DNA of 64,000 nt from Candidatus Multivoradales bacterium (GTDB lineage Bacteria; Acidobacteriota; Thermoanaerobaculia; Multivoradales; J023). Shown here one piece after another: positions 10,894 through 21,082 of the stretch; position 1 is the first letter of the stretch; every line of letters starts with the position of its first letter. Position numbers and translations under genes: made by a program. The DNA lies in NCBI GenBank assembly GCA_965248925.1, contig CBDFLE010000006.1, forward strand, positions 2,880,001 through 2,944,000, read 5' to 3'. The notes under the pieces were generated by a model. It worked only from the letters and a program-made list of their open reading frames with translations. It had not been told where the DNA came from and ran no database searches.

Positions 10894-12383
10894 TGCCGGG
10901 TTCGCTGGTGGCGCCGTGGATTCTTGGTGCCTATTACGTGATCCTGGGGATCCTGGCTTGCTATGGCGTCCACCGCTTGGTGATGGCCTGGGGCTATTGG
11001 CGGACCCGACACTCCACCCCACCACGACCCGCGAACCCCGACCAATGGCCGTTGGTCACTGTTCAGTTGCCGATTTTCAACGAGATGTTCGTCGCCGGCC
11101 GCCTGGTAGACGCGGTCTGCGCCCTAGACTATCCGCGCGATCGCTTAGAGATCCAGGTTCTCGACGACTCTACCGATGAGACCAGTGAGCTGATCGCCGA
11201 GCATGTCGAACGGGCGCGCCTGCAAGGGGTCAATGTGTTGCACTTGCAGCGCCAAGACCGTCGGGGCTACAAGGCGGGGGCGTTGGAGGAAGGGCTGAGC
11301 CAGGCCAGTGGTGAGCTGGTGGCGATTTTCGACGCCGATTTTGTGCCGCCGGCCGACTACCTACGCAACACCGTGCCGTATTTCGCCGATCCGGAGATCG
11401 GCATGGTGCAAGCCCGTTGGGGTCACCTCAACCGCGATTTCTCCTTGCTCACCCGGGTGCAGGCGATCTTTCTCGATGGCCATTTCGTGGTCGAGCACAC
11501 CGCTCGTCACCGGGGTGGCATGTTCTTCAACTTCAATGGCACCGCCGGCATCTGGCGCCGCCAAGCCATCGTTGACGCCGGTGGCTGGGAGCACGACACC
11601 CTGACCGAAGATCTCGATCTCTCCTACCGCTCGCAGCTGGCCGGTTGGCGTTTCCTCTATTTGCCGGAGCTGGTGGTGCCGGCCGAGCTGCCAATCGAGG
11701 TCGCGGCTTACAAGAGTCAGCAGCACCGTTGGGCCAAGGGTTCGGTGCAGACCGGCCGCAAGCTGTTGGGCCGAGTGCTGCGCGCTCCTCTGCCGTGGAA
11801 GGTCAAGCTCGAAGCCTTTGTCCATCTGACCAACAACTGGAGCTACGCCCTGATGGTGGCGCTGTCGTTGTTGGTCTTTCCAGCGATGTATTTGCGCCGC
11901 GGCGATGAGAGCTGGAAGTTGCTGGTCTTCGATCTGCCATTGTTCATGGCGGCAACGGTGTCGGTGTTGATTTTCTACACTGTCAGCCAGATCGGTGTCG
12001 GTGCCGGCTGGCAGCGCCGGCTGTGGCAGCTGCCGGTGCTGATGGGCATGGGGATCGGCTTGGCGGTCAACAACACCCGAGCGGTGCTTGCCGGCTGTTT
12101 CTCGCGCGGCGGGGTCTTTCACCGCACGCCAAAATCGGGCGCCGAGGGAGCCCTCGCCACCACCGATGCGTCGTCGTCGCGCCGCCGCTACCGGCTGGGC
12201 AAGGGGCTGTCGTTCTGGATCGAGGGCTTGCTGGCGCTCTACTTCCTGCTCTCCACCGGGCTCGCCATCGACTTGGGCATGTGGCTCTCCCTACCCTTCC
12301 TCTATCTCTTCTTGCAGGGCTACACCTACATGTTCCTGCTCGGCCTACTGCCGACCCGAGGCGCCGCGGTCGAAGCTTCCTGA
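10827..12383 (+). CDS. Glycosyltransferase family 2 (cellulose synthase-like)
   Basis: [33 protein letters not shown] motifs. Confidence 0.93.
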   Translation: MEVLSTWFEPLAAFLGWLESWALPGSLVAPWILGAYYVILGILACYGVHRLVMAWGYWRTRHSTPPRPANPDQWPLVTVQLPIFNEMFVAGRLVDAVCALDYPRDRLEIQVLDDSTDETSELIAEHVERARLQGVNVLHLQRQDRRGYKAGALEEGLSQASGELVAIFDADFVPPADYLRNTVPYFADPEIGMVQARWGHLNRDFSLLTRVQAIFLDGHFVVEHTARHRGGMFFNFNGTAGIWRRQAIVDAGGWEHDTLTEDLDLSYRSQLAGWRFLYLPELVVPAELPIEVAAYKSQQHRWAKGSVQTGRKLLGRVLRAPLPWKVKLEAFVHLTNNWSYALMVALSLLVFPAMYLRRGDESWKLLVFDLPLFMAATVSVLIFYTVSQIGVGAGWQRRLWQLPVLMGMGIGLAVNNTRAVLAGCFSRGGVFHRTPKSGAEGALATTDASSSRRRYRLGKGLSFWIEGLLALYFLLSTGLAIDLGMWLSLPFLYLFLQGYTYMFLLGLLPTRGAAVEAS

Positions 12384-12405
12384 GCCGGCTGGTGCCCCGC
12401 CCGGT

Positions 12406-13326
12406 CTAGTTGACCACCGGATTCTGTTGCAGGCAGAACCCTTTCAGGTTGGCCGAGAACTTGTCGTTGGCCTTGTACTCGGCACGGGAGGAGCCCCCGA
12501 GAAAGCCGTTTTCAGCATTCTTGAAGGTGATCTCAAGAGCACCGCCGACGTTGCCGGGGAGCACCAGGTCCTCGGCTTGGCGCTGGAAGGAGAACTCGTC
12601 GGTCCAGATGGTGAAGCTGTTAATCAGCGCGCCGTCTTCACCATACGCCTCGCCTTCGATCGACGGTGGGTCGTTGACGGTGTCCGCGCCGAAGGGAAGA
12701 TCCTGCATGAAGGTGATTTCAGTACCGCCGGAGAAGCCGCCGCCGAGCAGAAACCGGGAGCGGGTGCGGTAGCAGAAACCACCGGCATTTAAATTGATCG
12801 CCGTACCGCTGGCGGCGAAATCCTGGTTGGTATTGACTTGAAAGAAGTCCACCGAAATTGGCTGGTTGCTCGTGATTATTGCCCAGCCACGGATAAAGCC
12901 ATCGCCGTCGGGCGCCGCTGTGGCATTGCCGTTGAGGTTGATGGCGATCATCTGTCGTGGTGCCAGAATGGGGAGCGCGACGTTTCCTTGAGTGCCTAGC
13001 GAATCGACAAGGTGGAGTACCAAAGTTGGTGTGTCGGCGGCCTGCCCCTCGTTGCGAATGGTCACGAAAGTCGTTTCGCCGAAGGGATTGGTGGAGTCGA
13101 TCTTGAAGTGTCCCAGGATGTAGAAGGTAGAGGGATTCTCTACCTTGGCGTCGTCCATCGGTCGACTGGCGGTGGGCTGGGAGGGGTCAATGGATGTGGC
13201 GTAATGGGGCCGGGCGAGCTCGGATAGGGGCCCGTTGTGCAGTTGGATGATCACCTCGGCGGTCGCAGACGAGGCGAGGGCCAGGGCGAGTAAGGTGCAA
13301 AGGGTGAGGGCCTTGGTTGCTGTCAT
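12406..13326 (-). CDS. Secreted hypothetical beta-rich protein
   Basis: Signal peptide MTATKALTLCTLLALALASSATA; long ORF with no recognised domain. Confidence 0.75.
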   Translation of the reverse strand: MTATKALTLCTLLALALASSATAEVIIQLHNGPLSELARPHYATSIDPSQPTASRPMDDAKVENPSTFYILGHFKIDSTNPFGETTFVTIRNEGQAADTPTLVLHLVDSLGTQGNVALPILAPRQMIAINLNGNATAAPDGDGFIRGWAIITSNQPISVDFFQVNTNQDFAASGTAINLNAGGFCYRTRSRFLLGGGFSGGTEITFMQDLPFGADTVNDPPSIEGEAYGEDGALINSFTIWTDEFSFQRQAEDLVLPGNVGGALEITFKNAENGFLGGSSRAEYKANDKFSANLKGFCLQQNPVVN

Positions 13327-13453
13327 GCCGAATCTCCTTGAGCGATCGAGTATGGGAAAACACATCCTCTGAATTATAGGCCACCCGGTTGGGCGCGAAG
13401 GGCCAAAAAAGGGCTAGTAGCTTCCGAATTGCGCTGCTCTGTGGGTTGAGACG

Positions 13454-15736
13454 CTAGCGCCGCACCACTTCGAGGTTGGCGTAGCGGGCGATCAACTTAC
13501 GCCGGCCGACGGTCTCGAAGAGGACGATCACCCTCAGGTCGTCACCGCTGCCCTCGAGGTGCATCACTTGGCCGGGGCCGAGGTGAGCGTGGCGAACTCG
13601 TGAACCACGGCGGATCTGGCCGCTAGCGTGGTCGGCCTCGTCGGGATCGAAGCTGCTCACCATGGGCCGTGGAGCGGAGGAGGGGGTCCGCGAGGCGCGC
13701 CTGCCGGCCGCCGTGGCGGATGAGGTTCGGCCGCCAGCGGAATGGCTGAAGAAGTCGTAGACCGCTGAGTTGTTTTCGCGGTGGTCGAGTTCTCGGCTGA
13801 GCTCCTGGTCGAGAAACTCTTCGGGAATCTCGGCCAGGAAGGGCGATTCGTTTTGATCTTGATAGCGGCCGGCGATGCGGCGGCGACGGCAAGCGGTGAG
13901 GACCAGGCGCTTCTCAGCGCGGGTCATGCCGACGTAGAGCAGGCGGCGCTCTTCTTCGAGGTCTTCGTCGCTGGCCTGGGCGTTGAAATGTGGCAACAGG
14001 CCCTCTTCCAAACCGCTGACGGCGCAAACGGCGAATTCCAGCCCCTTGGCGCTGTGCAGGGTCATCAGCGACACGCCGCGCTCTTGCTGCAAGTTGTCGA
14101 GATCGCTCGACAGCGAGACCTGATCGAGAAAGGCGGTCAGCAGATCGTCGTCGTCACTGCCGTAGGCGTTGGCCTCGGTGAATTCCTGGGCGGCAGAGAC
14201 GAATTCCTGGATGTTCTCCAGCCGGGCCTGACTGTCGGCGTCGCGTTTGGCGAACTGTTCGCTGTAGCCGGTGGCCTCGATCACCTGCCGCAGCAAGGCC
14301 GCCAGCGGCAGGCCGTCGGTCTCTTCTGCCAGCTGCAGGATCATGTCGCGGAACTTGAGTAGGGCGTTCTTGCTGCGGGCGGCGATGCCGGGCAGGTCCT
14401 CGTCCAACAGCAGCTGCCAGGGCGAACGCTCGCTGGCTTCGGCGTGGTCGTAGAGCCGATCTTGGGTGGTTTTGCCGATGCCGCGAGCCGGGCGGTTGAG
14501 AATCCGCCCCAGCGAGTGCGGATCATGCAAGTTGCGCAGCAGGCGCAGGTAGGAGATCAGATCTTTGATCTCGGCGCGCTCGTAGAAGCGTACTCCGCCG
14601 ACCAGGGTGTAGGGCATGCGGCGCCGTAGCAGCTCGTCTTCGAGAGCACGGGTCTGGGCGTTGGTGCGGACCAGGATGGCCATGTGCTCGAGTTTGAACT
14701 TGGGCTGCAAGGCGCTCAGGGTGCCGGTCAACCAGCGGGCTTCGTCGCGCTCGTCGGCGGCGCGGTAGAGGGCGATCTTGTCGCCGGCGCCGGCATCGGT
14801 CCACAGTTTCTTGCCCCGCCGCCCGCGGTTGTTGGCGATCAAGGCGCCGGAAGCGTCGAGAATGTTCTGGGTCGAGCGGTAGTTGCGCTCCAGCTTGTAG
14901 ATTCGCGGGTCGCTGAATTTGTTCTCGAAGTGGAGGATGTTCGACAGCTCGGCGCCGCGCCAGCGGTAGATCCCCTGATCCTCGTCGCCGACCGCCATGA
15001 GGTTGCCATCCTTGCCTGCCAGCAGGCTAATCAGCCGTAGCTGAGCATGGTTGGTGTCTTGAAACTCATCGACCAACAAGTAGCGGGCGCGCTGGCGGAT
15101 GCGTTCGCAGAGTTCGCTGTCGCTCTCTAGCAGCTTGACGGTCAGGGAAATCATGTCGTCGAAGTCGACGCCGCTGGCTTGCCGCACTGCTGCTTGATAG
15201 CGTTTGTAGATGCTTGCCACCTTGCGGCGGAAGTAGTCGTTAGCGCGGCGTTCGTATTCGGCCGGTCCGAGCAGCTTGTTCTTCGCTCCGCTGATCGCCG
15301 CCAGCACTGCCTGGGGTCGGAAGGCGCTCTCGTCGACCTCCTCTTTCTTGAGCGCCTTCTTGATCAGCTCTTGTTGGTCGCGGCTGTCGAGAATGACAAA
15401 ATCGTGGCGTAGTCCAACCCGCTCGCCATAGCGCCGCAGCAGACGCAAGGCGTAGCGATGAAAAGTACCAACAAAGGTGTCGAGGGGGTAACGGGCGACC
15501 AGTTCCTCGACCCGCTCGCGCATCTCGCCCGCCGCTTTATTGGTGAAGGTGACAGCGGTAATCTGCCATGGGTCAACCCCGCATTCTCTGATCAGCCAGG
15601 CGATGCGGTAGGTAATCACCCGGGTCTTGCCGGAGCCGGCACCGGCGATCACCAGCTGCGGTCCCTCGCCGTGGACCACTGCGGCATATTGATCCGGATT
15701 GAGCTGGTTTTTGAAATCGATGGCGGTCGTGGGCAT
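13454..15736 (-). CDS. ATP-dependent DNA helicase UvrD/PcrA
   Basis: AGAGSGKT, VTFTNKAA, VDEFQD, VGDEDQ, NYRS, TLHSAKGLEF, EERRLLYVGMTRA; C-terminal Tudor-like tail. Confidence 0.97.
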   Translation of the reverse strand: MPTTAIDFKNQLNPDQYAAVVHGEGPQLVIAGAGSGKTRVITYRIAWLIRECGVDPWQITAVTFTNKAAGEMRERVEELVARYPLDTFVGTFHRYALRLLRRYGERVGLRHDFVILDSRDQQELIKKALKKEEVDESAFRPQAVLAAISGAKNKLLGPAEYERRANDYFRRKVASIYKRYQAAVRQASGVDFDDMISLTVKLLESDSELCERIRQRARYLLVDEFQDTNHAQLRLISLLAGKDGNLMAVGDEDQGIYRWRGAELSNILHFENKFSDPRIYKLERNYRSTQNILDASGALIANNRGRRGKKLWTDAGAGDKIALYRAADERDEARWLTGTLSALQPKFKLEHMAILVRTNAQTRALEDELLRRRMPYTLVGGVRFYERAEIKDLISYLRLLRNLHDPHSLGRILNRPARGIGKTTQDRLYDHAEASERSPWQLLLDEDLPGIAARSKNALLKFRDMILQLAEETDGLPLAALLRQVIEATGYSEQFAKRDADSQARLENIQEFVSAAQEFTEANAYGSDDDDLLTAFLDQVSLSSDLDNLQQERGVSLMTLHSAKGLEFAVCAVSGLEEGLLPHFNAQASDEDLEEERRLLYVGMTRAEKRLVLTACRRRRIAGRYQDQNESPFLAEIPEEFLDQELSRELDHRENNSAVYDFFSHSAGGRTSSATAAGRRASRTPSSAPRPMVSSFDPDEADHASGQIRRGSRVRHAHLGPGQVMHLEGSGDDLRVIVLFETVGRRKLIARYANLEVVRR

Positions 15737-15795
15737 ATGAAGCTGGGCTCGAAGGGGTAAAGGGTTGCAGGCAGAGGTCGGAGCGGCCAAGCTGG

Positions 15796-17619
15796 CTACT
15801 CGACGGTGACACTCTTGGCCAGGTTGCGCGGTTGGTCCACATCGCATCCGCGACGCACGCCGATGTAATAGGCCAGTAGTTGCAGCGGCACGACGTTGAC
15901 AATCGGCTGCAGCAGCCGGTCGATCCGCGGCACGCGGATGATGTCGTCGGCCAAGTTGCCGAGGTCTTCGGGGTCGCGGTCGGTCAGCGCGATGATCTTG
16001 CCGTCGCGGGCCTTGACCTCGCTCATGTTGGCAATGACCTTGTCGGATACCCGCAGGCCGGTGGCGATGGCCACCACCGGTAGATCTTCGTCGATCAACG
16101 CGATCGGTCCATGCTTCATCTCGCCGGCGGGATAGCCCTCGGCATGAATATAGGAAATTTCCTTCAGTTTCAACGCGCCTTCCAGCGCGATCGGGTAGTT
16201 GACGCCGCGACCCAGATAAAGGAAATCTTCGGCGCGGGCGTAGCGCTTGGCCAGCTCCTGGATGTGGGCCTCCTGCTCGAGGGCCTCGTTCAGTGCCAGC
16301 GGCAAGTGGGCCAGGCCCTCGAGGTGGGCAGCTTCAATCGGTAGGCCGCGAGCTTGCCGCAAGTAGAGGGCTAGCAAGTAGAGGGCTTCGAGCTGAGTGG
16401 TGAACGCCTTGGTGGAGGCGACCCCGATCTCTGGCCCGGCGTGGGTGTGAATCACCCCTTCGCTGATCCGTGTCGCCTGGCTGCCGGCCACATTGCAGAC
16501 CGCCAGCAGGCGGCCGCCCCGCTCTTTGGCGATCTCCATGGCCGACAGAGTGTCGGCGGTCTCGCCGCTCTGGGTGATGCCCACCGCCAGCACGTCGCCA
16601 TCGACGATCGGGTCGCGGTAGCGGTACTCCGAGCCGTAGTCGACCTCGACCGGAATGCGCACCAGGGTCTCGATCATGAATTTGCCGACCAGTGCCGCGT
16701 GCCAGGAGGTCCCGCAAGCCAGCAGGTGCAGGCGCCGGACGTGGGCCAGATCTCGGCTGGCGATACCGCAATCGTCCAACCTGACGGTGCCGCGCTCGAA
16801 GTCGACCCGGCCGGCCAGGGTGTCTTGTATCGCCTGCGGTTGCTCGTGGATCTCTTTGAGCATGAAGTGCTTGTAGCCACCCTTCTCGATCTGTACCAAG
16901 TCCCAATTGAGCCGGTGGGTCTGGCGCTCTACCGGTTGGCCGGCGCCGTCGAGCACTCGCACGCCGTCGGCCTTGAGCTGGGCCAGGTCGCCGTTTTCGA
17001 GGAAGATCACCTCACGGGTGTGGGCGAGCACAGCGGCGGCGTCTGAGGCCAGGAGCTGCTCTCCTTCGCCCAGGCCGAGCAACAGCGGCGGCCCCTGGCG
17101 CACGGCGATGATCTCGCGTTCGGTCGACTCGATGCTGATGGCGGCGAGGGCGTAGAGGCCGTCGAGCTCGGCCACCGTGCGACGCACGGCGGCTTCGAGA
17201 TCGTCCTCCAGATAGGAGGAGATCAAGTTAGCCACCACTTCGGTATCGGTGTCGGTGGAGAATTGCCAACCCTCGGCGAGCAAGCGGCGCTTGAGGGGCA
17301 GGTAGTTCTCGATGATGCCGTTGTGGATCAGCGCCACCCGGCGGCGGCTGTCGAGCACCGGGTGGGCGTTCTTCTCGACCGGCGGGCCATGGGTGGCCCA
17401 GCGGGTGTGGCCCAGGCCGTAGGAGCCGCTGAGTGGAGTCTCCACCAATCGCTGCCGCAGCTCGCTCAGCTTGCCCGCCGCCTTGACCGCGGCCAGCTTG
17501 CCGTCACGAACGACCACCACGCCGGCCGAGTCATAACCCCGGTACTCGAGTCGTTCGAGACCATCCATCAACAAGCGAACCACCTCGCGATGGCCCACGT
17601 AACCGACGATTCCACACAT
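15796..17619 (-). CDS. glmS: Glutamine--fructose-6-phosphate aminotransferase
   Basis: MCGIVG start, GHTRWATHG, QSGETADT, C-terminal PRNLAKSVTVE. Confidence 0.99.
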   Translation of the reverse strand: MCGIVGYVGHREVVRLLMDGLERLEYRGYDSAGVVVVRDGKLAAVKAAGKLSELRQRLVETPLSGSYGLGHTRWATHGPPVEKNAHPVLDSRRRVALIHNGIIENYLPLKRRLLAEGWQFSTDTDTEVVANLISSYLEDDLEAAVRRTVAELDGLYALAAISIESTEREIIAVRQGPPLLLGLGEGEQLLASDAAAVLAHTREVIFLENGDLAQLKADGVRVLDGAGQPVERQTHRLNWDLVQIEKGGYKHFMLKEIHEQPQAIQDTLAGRVDFERGTVRLDDCGIASRDLAHVRRLHLLACGTSWHAALVGKFMIETLVRIPVEVDYGSEYRYRDPIVDGDVLAVGITQSGETADTLSAMEIAKERGGRLLAVCNVAGSQATRISEGVIHTHAGPEIGVASTKAFTTQLEALYLLALYLRQARGLPIEAAHLEGLAHLPLALNEALEQEAHIQELAKRYARAEDFLYLGRGVNYPIALEGALKLKEISYIHAEGYPAGEMKHGPIALIDEDLPVVAIATGLRVSDKVIANMSEVKARDGKIIALTDRDPEDLGNLADDIIRVPRIDRLLQPIVNVVPLQLLAYYIGVRRGCDVDQPRNLAKSVTVE

Positions 17620-17651
17620 ATCGGAAGTCCTCGTAGGGCTGGTCGGCTGCG

Positions 17652-19058
17652 CTAGTCCCGGCGCTGGTCCCGGCGCTTGCGGCTCGCCCAATCTTCGATG
17701 TTGCGCTGCCGGGCGCGGCCAACGCCGAGGGCACCCGGCGGCACGTTCTGGGTGATCGTCGAGCCGGCGGCGGTGGTGGCTCCAGCACCGACCTCGACCG
17801 GTGCCACCAGCATAGTGTCGCTGCCGACGAAGGCACCGGCGCCGATTTCGGTGCGATGTTTGTTCTTGCCGTCGTAGTTGCAGGTCACCACTCCGGCACC
17901 GATGTTGGCGCCGGCGCCAACTGTGGCATCGCCCAGGTAGGTCAGGTGGCTGGTCTTGCTGCCCGCCCCCAGGGTGGTTTTCTTGAGTTCGACGAAATTG
18001 CCCACCTTGCTGCCCTCGCCAAGCACGGTGGCCGGTCGCAACCGGGCGAAGGGCCCGACGCTGGCCGCCTTGCCGACCCGCGCGCCATCGAGCACGCTGT
18101 AGGGTTCAATGCGGACGCCATCACCGATCTCGCTGTTCCGAGCCCAGACTCCTTGTTCGAGAATACAGCCTCGGCCGACACGGGTGCTGCCGGTCAGTGT
18201 TACGCCGGCGTGCAAGATGGTGTCGGCGGCGACTTCGACCCCTGGCTCGACTACTGTACGTGTGGGTTCCAAGATGGTGACGCCGCGGGCCATCAATCGG
18301 TTCAGATGGCGTTCGATCAGCGCTCGGTGAGCGATCGCCAGATCGCGGCGATTGTTGACCCCGAAGGCCTCGTTGGAGTCTTCCAGTTCGACCAACTCGA
18401 CCCCAGCCGCGCAGCTGGCGGCCAGCGAGCCGACCGCGTCGGTCAGGTACAGCTCACCTTGGGCGTTGCTCGGCTGCAGTCGGTGCAGCTGCTCGAAGAT
18501 CGGTCCCGCGGGTAGGGCGTAGATGCCAGCGTTGACGGTATCGATGGCCAACTCTTCGGCGCTGGCGTCGGCAGCCTCGACGATGCGCTGCAAGCGGCCG
18601 TCGCGGGTGCTGAGCACCCGGCCCAGCGAGCCGGGGCAGGCGAGGTGGGCGACGGCCAGGGCACCCCCTTGGGATCCCGCGGCGGCGGCCAGCCGCTCGA
18701 GGGTTTGGGGGCGTACCAAGGGCACGTCCCCAGAGAGCACCAGCAGAGTGTCTTCAGCCGTCACGTGAGGCTCGGTCTGAGCTACCGCGTGGCCGGTGCC
18801 GAGCTGCTGGCGCTGCTCGACCCAGAGCAAATCATGGGCGTCCTTGAACTGCTCGCGGACCTGATCGGCGCCATGGCCGACGATGACCAGGATCTTCTCA
18901 CAGCCGGCTTGCCGGGCAGCTTCGATCACCCAGGCGAGCAGCGGCCGGCCGCCGACCTGGTGGAGAATCTTGGGGCTCTCCGAGAGCATCCGTGTTCCCT
19001 TGCCGGCGGCCAAGATAGCGGCGATACGGCGACCGCGGGAACTCTGGCCAGGTGTCAT
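17652..19058 (-). CDS. glmU: Bifunctional UDP-GlcNAc pyrophosphorylase/acetyltransferase
   Basis: LAAGKGTRM, QLGTGHA, ELYLTD, GPFARLRP, CNYDG, hexapeptide repeats. Confidence 0.98.
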   Translation of the reverse strand: MTPGQSSRGRRIAAILAAGKGTRMLSESPKILHQVGGRPLLAWVIEAARQAGCEKILVIVGHGADQVREQFKDAHDLLWVEQRQQLGTGHAVAQTEPHVTAEDTLLVLSGDVPLVRPQTLERLAAAAGSQGGALAVAHLACPGSLGRVLSTRDGRLQRIVEAADASAEELAIDTVNAGIYALPAGPIFEQLHRLQPSNAQGELYLTDAVGSLAASCAAGVELVELEDSNEAFGVNNRRDLAIAHRALIERHLNRLMARGVTILEPTRTVVEPGVEVAADTILHAGVTLTGSTRVGRGCILEQGVWARNSEIGDGVRIEPYSVLDGARVGKAASVGPFARLRPATVLGEGSKVGNFVELKKTTLGAGSKTSHLTYLGDATVGAGANIGAGVVTCNYDGKNKHRTEIGAGAFVGSDTMLVAPVEVGAGATTAAGSTITQNVPPGALGVGRARQRNIEDWASRKRRDQRRD

Positions 19059-19118
19059 TCGTGGCTCCTGCTTGGAGAGCCCGATCGCCTTGACCGTCGG
19101 GCATGCAGCCCGCGGTTC

Positions 19119-19739
19119 TTAGGCGGCGGCGCCCGGACGGGCTACCAGGCTCTGGAAGTCCTCGTTTTCGCGCAAATCCTCGAGATCCGGGTCATGGAAG
19201 GCATGAATGCGGTTCTTGGGCTCCAATTCGATCGCTCGGGCGAGGCTCTCAAGAGCTGCTTCCTCGGCGCCGGCCATGGCTTGCACGGACGCTTGCAGGT
19301 AGGCGAAACGCTCGTCTTTGGCTTTGCTGTGCTGTTCGCAAAGCTTCAGCGCGGCATCCAAGTTGCCTCGATTCTTCTCGATCACCGCCTGCAGGTAGGG
19401 GTCTTTGGTTTCTATCTCATCGCGCAGTTGGCTCTCGCAGATCTCGAGGTTCTGCCGCGCGCGGTCGCGCAGCGACATACTAGCGGTTTCTTCGATGACT
19501 AGGCGCAGCGTGTCGGCGGCCTTCTGCCACTTCTTGCCATGCAATTGTTCGAGCCCCGCGGCGTAGGTCTTAAGGGCGACGTCTTGGAACGCCTCGCGCG
19601 GCTCGCTCAAGCCCAACTCGCCGAGCTTGGAAATCACCACGATAGGCTCGACCTTGAAGCGCTGAGCGAGCTCAGCAACATCGTTCTGGTGGTTTTTGGT
19701 CAGGTAATTAGTCTCTGCTTTGGTCCAACGTTTCGGCAT
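19119..19739 (-). CDS. TPR-containing protein with N-terminal HTH-like segment
   Basis: Helical repeats; C-terminal ALESLARAIEL...DPDLEDLRENEDF (TPR-end motif). Confidence 0.75.
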   Translation of the reverse strand: MPKRWTKAETNYLTKNHQNDVAELAQRFKVEPIVVISKLGELGLSEPREAFQDVALKTYAAGLEQLHGKKWQKAADTLRLVIEETASMSLRDRARQNLEICESQLRDEIETKDPYLQAVIEKNRGNLDAALKLCEQHSKAKDERFAYLQASVQAMAGAEEAALESLARAIELEPKNRIHAFHDPDLEDLRENEDFQSLVARPGAAA

Positions 19740-19772
19740 ATCTCTCCCGGATCGACGGGGTCGTCGTCGGCG

Positions 19773-20357
19773 CTATCGTTTGCGCAATTCGACAAGTATT
19801 TGCTTGGCGACCGACTTCAGGGTGTCGAAAACGCCTCGGCCATTGGTGGCCACGGCCTCGAAGGTCGGTTCGCGTTTGAAGTTCAAGATGCGGTACATCT
19901 CGTCTGCTGCTACGACGTTAGGGAGGTCGCGCTTGTTGAACTGCAGCGCGTAGGGCAGCTCAGCCAAGTCGAGACCGTGCTCCTTGAGGTTGACCTCCAG
20001 GTTGCGGATCGACTCGACATTCGAGTCCATCCGCTCCAATTGGCTATCGCCGACGAAGATAACCCCGTCGGCCCCTTTGAGGATCAGCTTGCGGCTGGCG
20101 TCGTAGAACACCTGGCCGGGCACCGTGTAGAGGTGAAACCGGGTGGTGAAACCACGGATTGAACCCAGATCGAGGGGCAGGAAATCGAAGAACAACGTGC
20201 GATCGGTCTCGGTCGCCAGCGAGATCATCTTGCCCTTGGCGTCCGGCGCCGTCTTGTTGTAAATGTACTGCAGGTTGGTCGTCTTGCCACCAAGCCCAGG
20301 GCCATAGTAGACGATTTTGCAGTTGATTTCTTTCGCTGCGTAATTGATGAAGGTCAT
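19773..20357 (-). CDS. mglA: Small Ras-like GTPase MglA
   Basis: [36 protein letters not shown]. Confidence 0.97.
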   Translation of the reverse strand: MTFINYAAKEINCKIVYYGPGLGGKTTNLQYIYNKTAPDAKGKMISLATETDRTLFFDFLPLDLGSIRGFTTRFHLYTVPGQVFYDASRKLILKGADGVIFVGDSQLERMDSNVESIRNLEVNLKEHGLDLAELPYALQFNKRDLPNVVAADEMYRILNFKREPTFEAVATNGRGVFDTLKSVAKQILVELRKR

Positions 20358-20471
20358 GGGAAAATTCTCTAAGAGCGGCGACCAACCCGCCTCCCAGGCC
20401 CGAGGCTCTGGTCTTAAATCCTGCGCCGACGAGTGGCGGAACTCACCTGCCCTGGTGCCTGGTCCTGGCGA

Positions 20472-20960
20472 TCAGTCGGTGAATAACGCGTCGATGTCTT
20501 CGTCGGTAATTTCCGCGAATGGAGTGTGTGAAGTTTGCCCTGCGGGGACCGCTGCTGCCGCCTTCTCCGTCATCGCCTCGAAGATGCGATCAAACTCGGA
20601 GTCGGCGCGCTTGACCCGTAGACGCACCAAGCCGAGGGAGGAGCGCTCATCGAAGATCACCTGCAAAATGGCTTGCTTGGCGACGGAGGAGGTATGGATA
20701 TGATAGCGCTGCCCCTCGTGGAAGAGCACCGAGAACTCGCGTTCCCCGATCAGTTTGGCGAGACTGTCCGTGGCAGCCACGTTGCCGGCGGTCAGCGACG
20801 CCAGAGAGGTGGTGTCGAAGTGGTCGACGTCACCGGCCGCAGAAATCTGCTGGCCGTTCTTGTCGATCAAGAAGACCGCCTTGGCGTTGGCGTCGTTGTA
20901 TAGCCGCCGCAGCACCTCTTCGAGGCGCACAACCTCTTCTTCGTACAGTATGAGATCCAT
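20472..20960 (-). CDS. mglB: Roadblock/LC7 protein MglB (GAP for MglA)
   Basis: DKNGQ, TTSLASLTAGNVAAT, LGLVRLRVK, C-terminal FAEITDEDIDALF; upstream of mglA. Confidence 0.95.
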   Translation of the reverse strand: MDLILYEEEVVRLEEVLRRLYNDANAKAVFLIDKNGQQISAAGDVDHFDTTSLASLTAGNVAATDSLAKLIGEREFSVLFHEGQRYHIHTSSVAKQAILQVIFDERSSLGLVRLRVKRADSEFDRIFEAMTEKAAAAVPAGQTSHTPFAEITDEDIDALFTD

Positions 20961-21082
20961 CGATCGTATGAACTCCCTCGCTCGTGACGTGCGGTCGCCA
21001 CGGAGATTGAAGGTATAGCATAGCCGTTCAAGGCCGTCAAAACGACCCCGCTGTCGAAACACCCCGCGTCAGAGCCTTTTTT

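Noticed and set aside
17619-17652. glmS ribozyme
   Set aside because: Only ~30 bp separate glmU and glmS, leaving no room.
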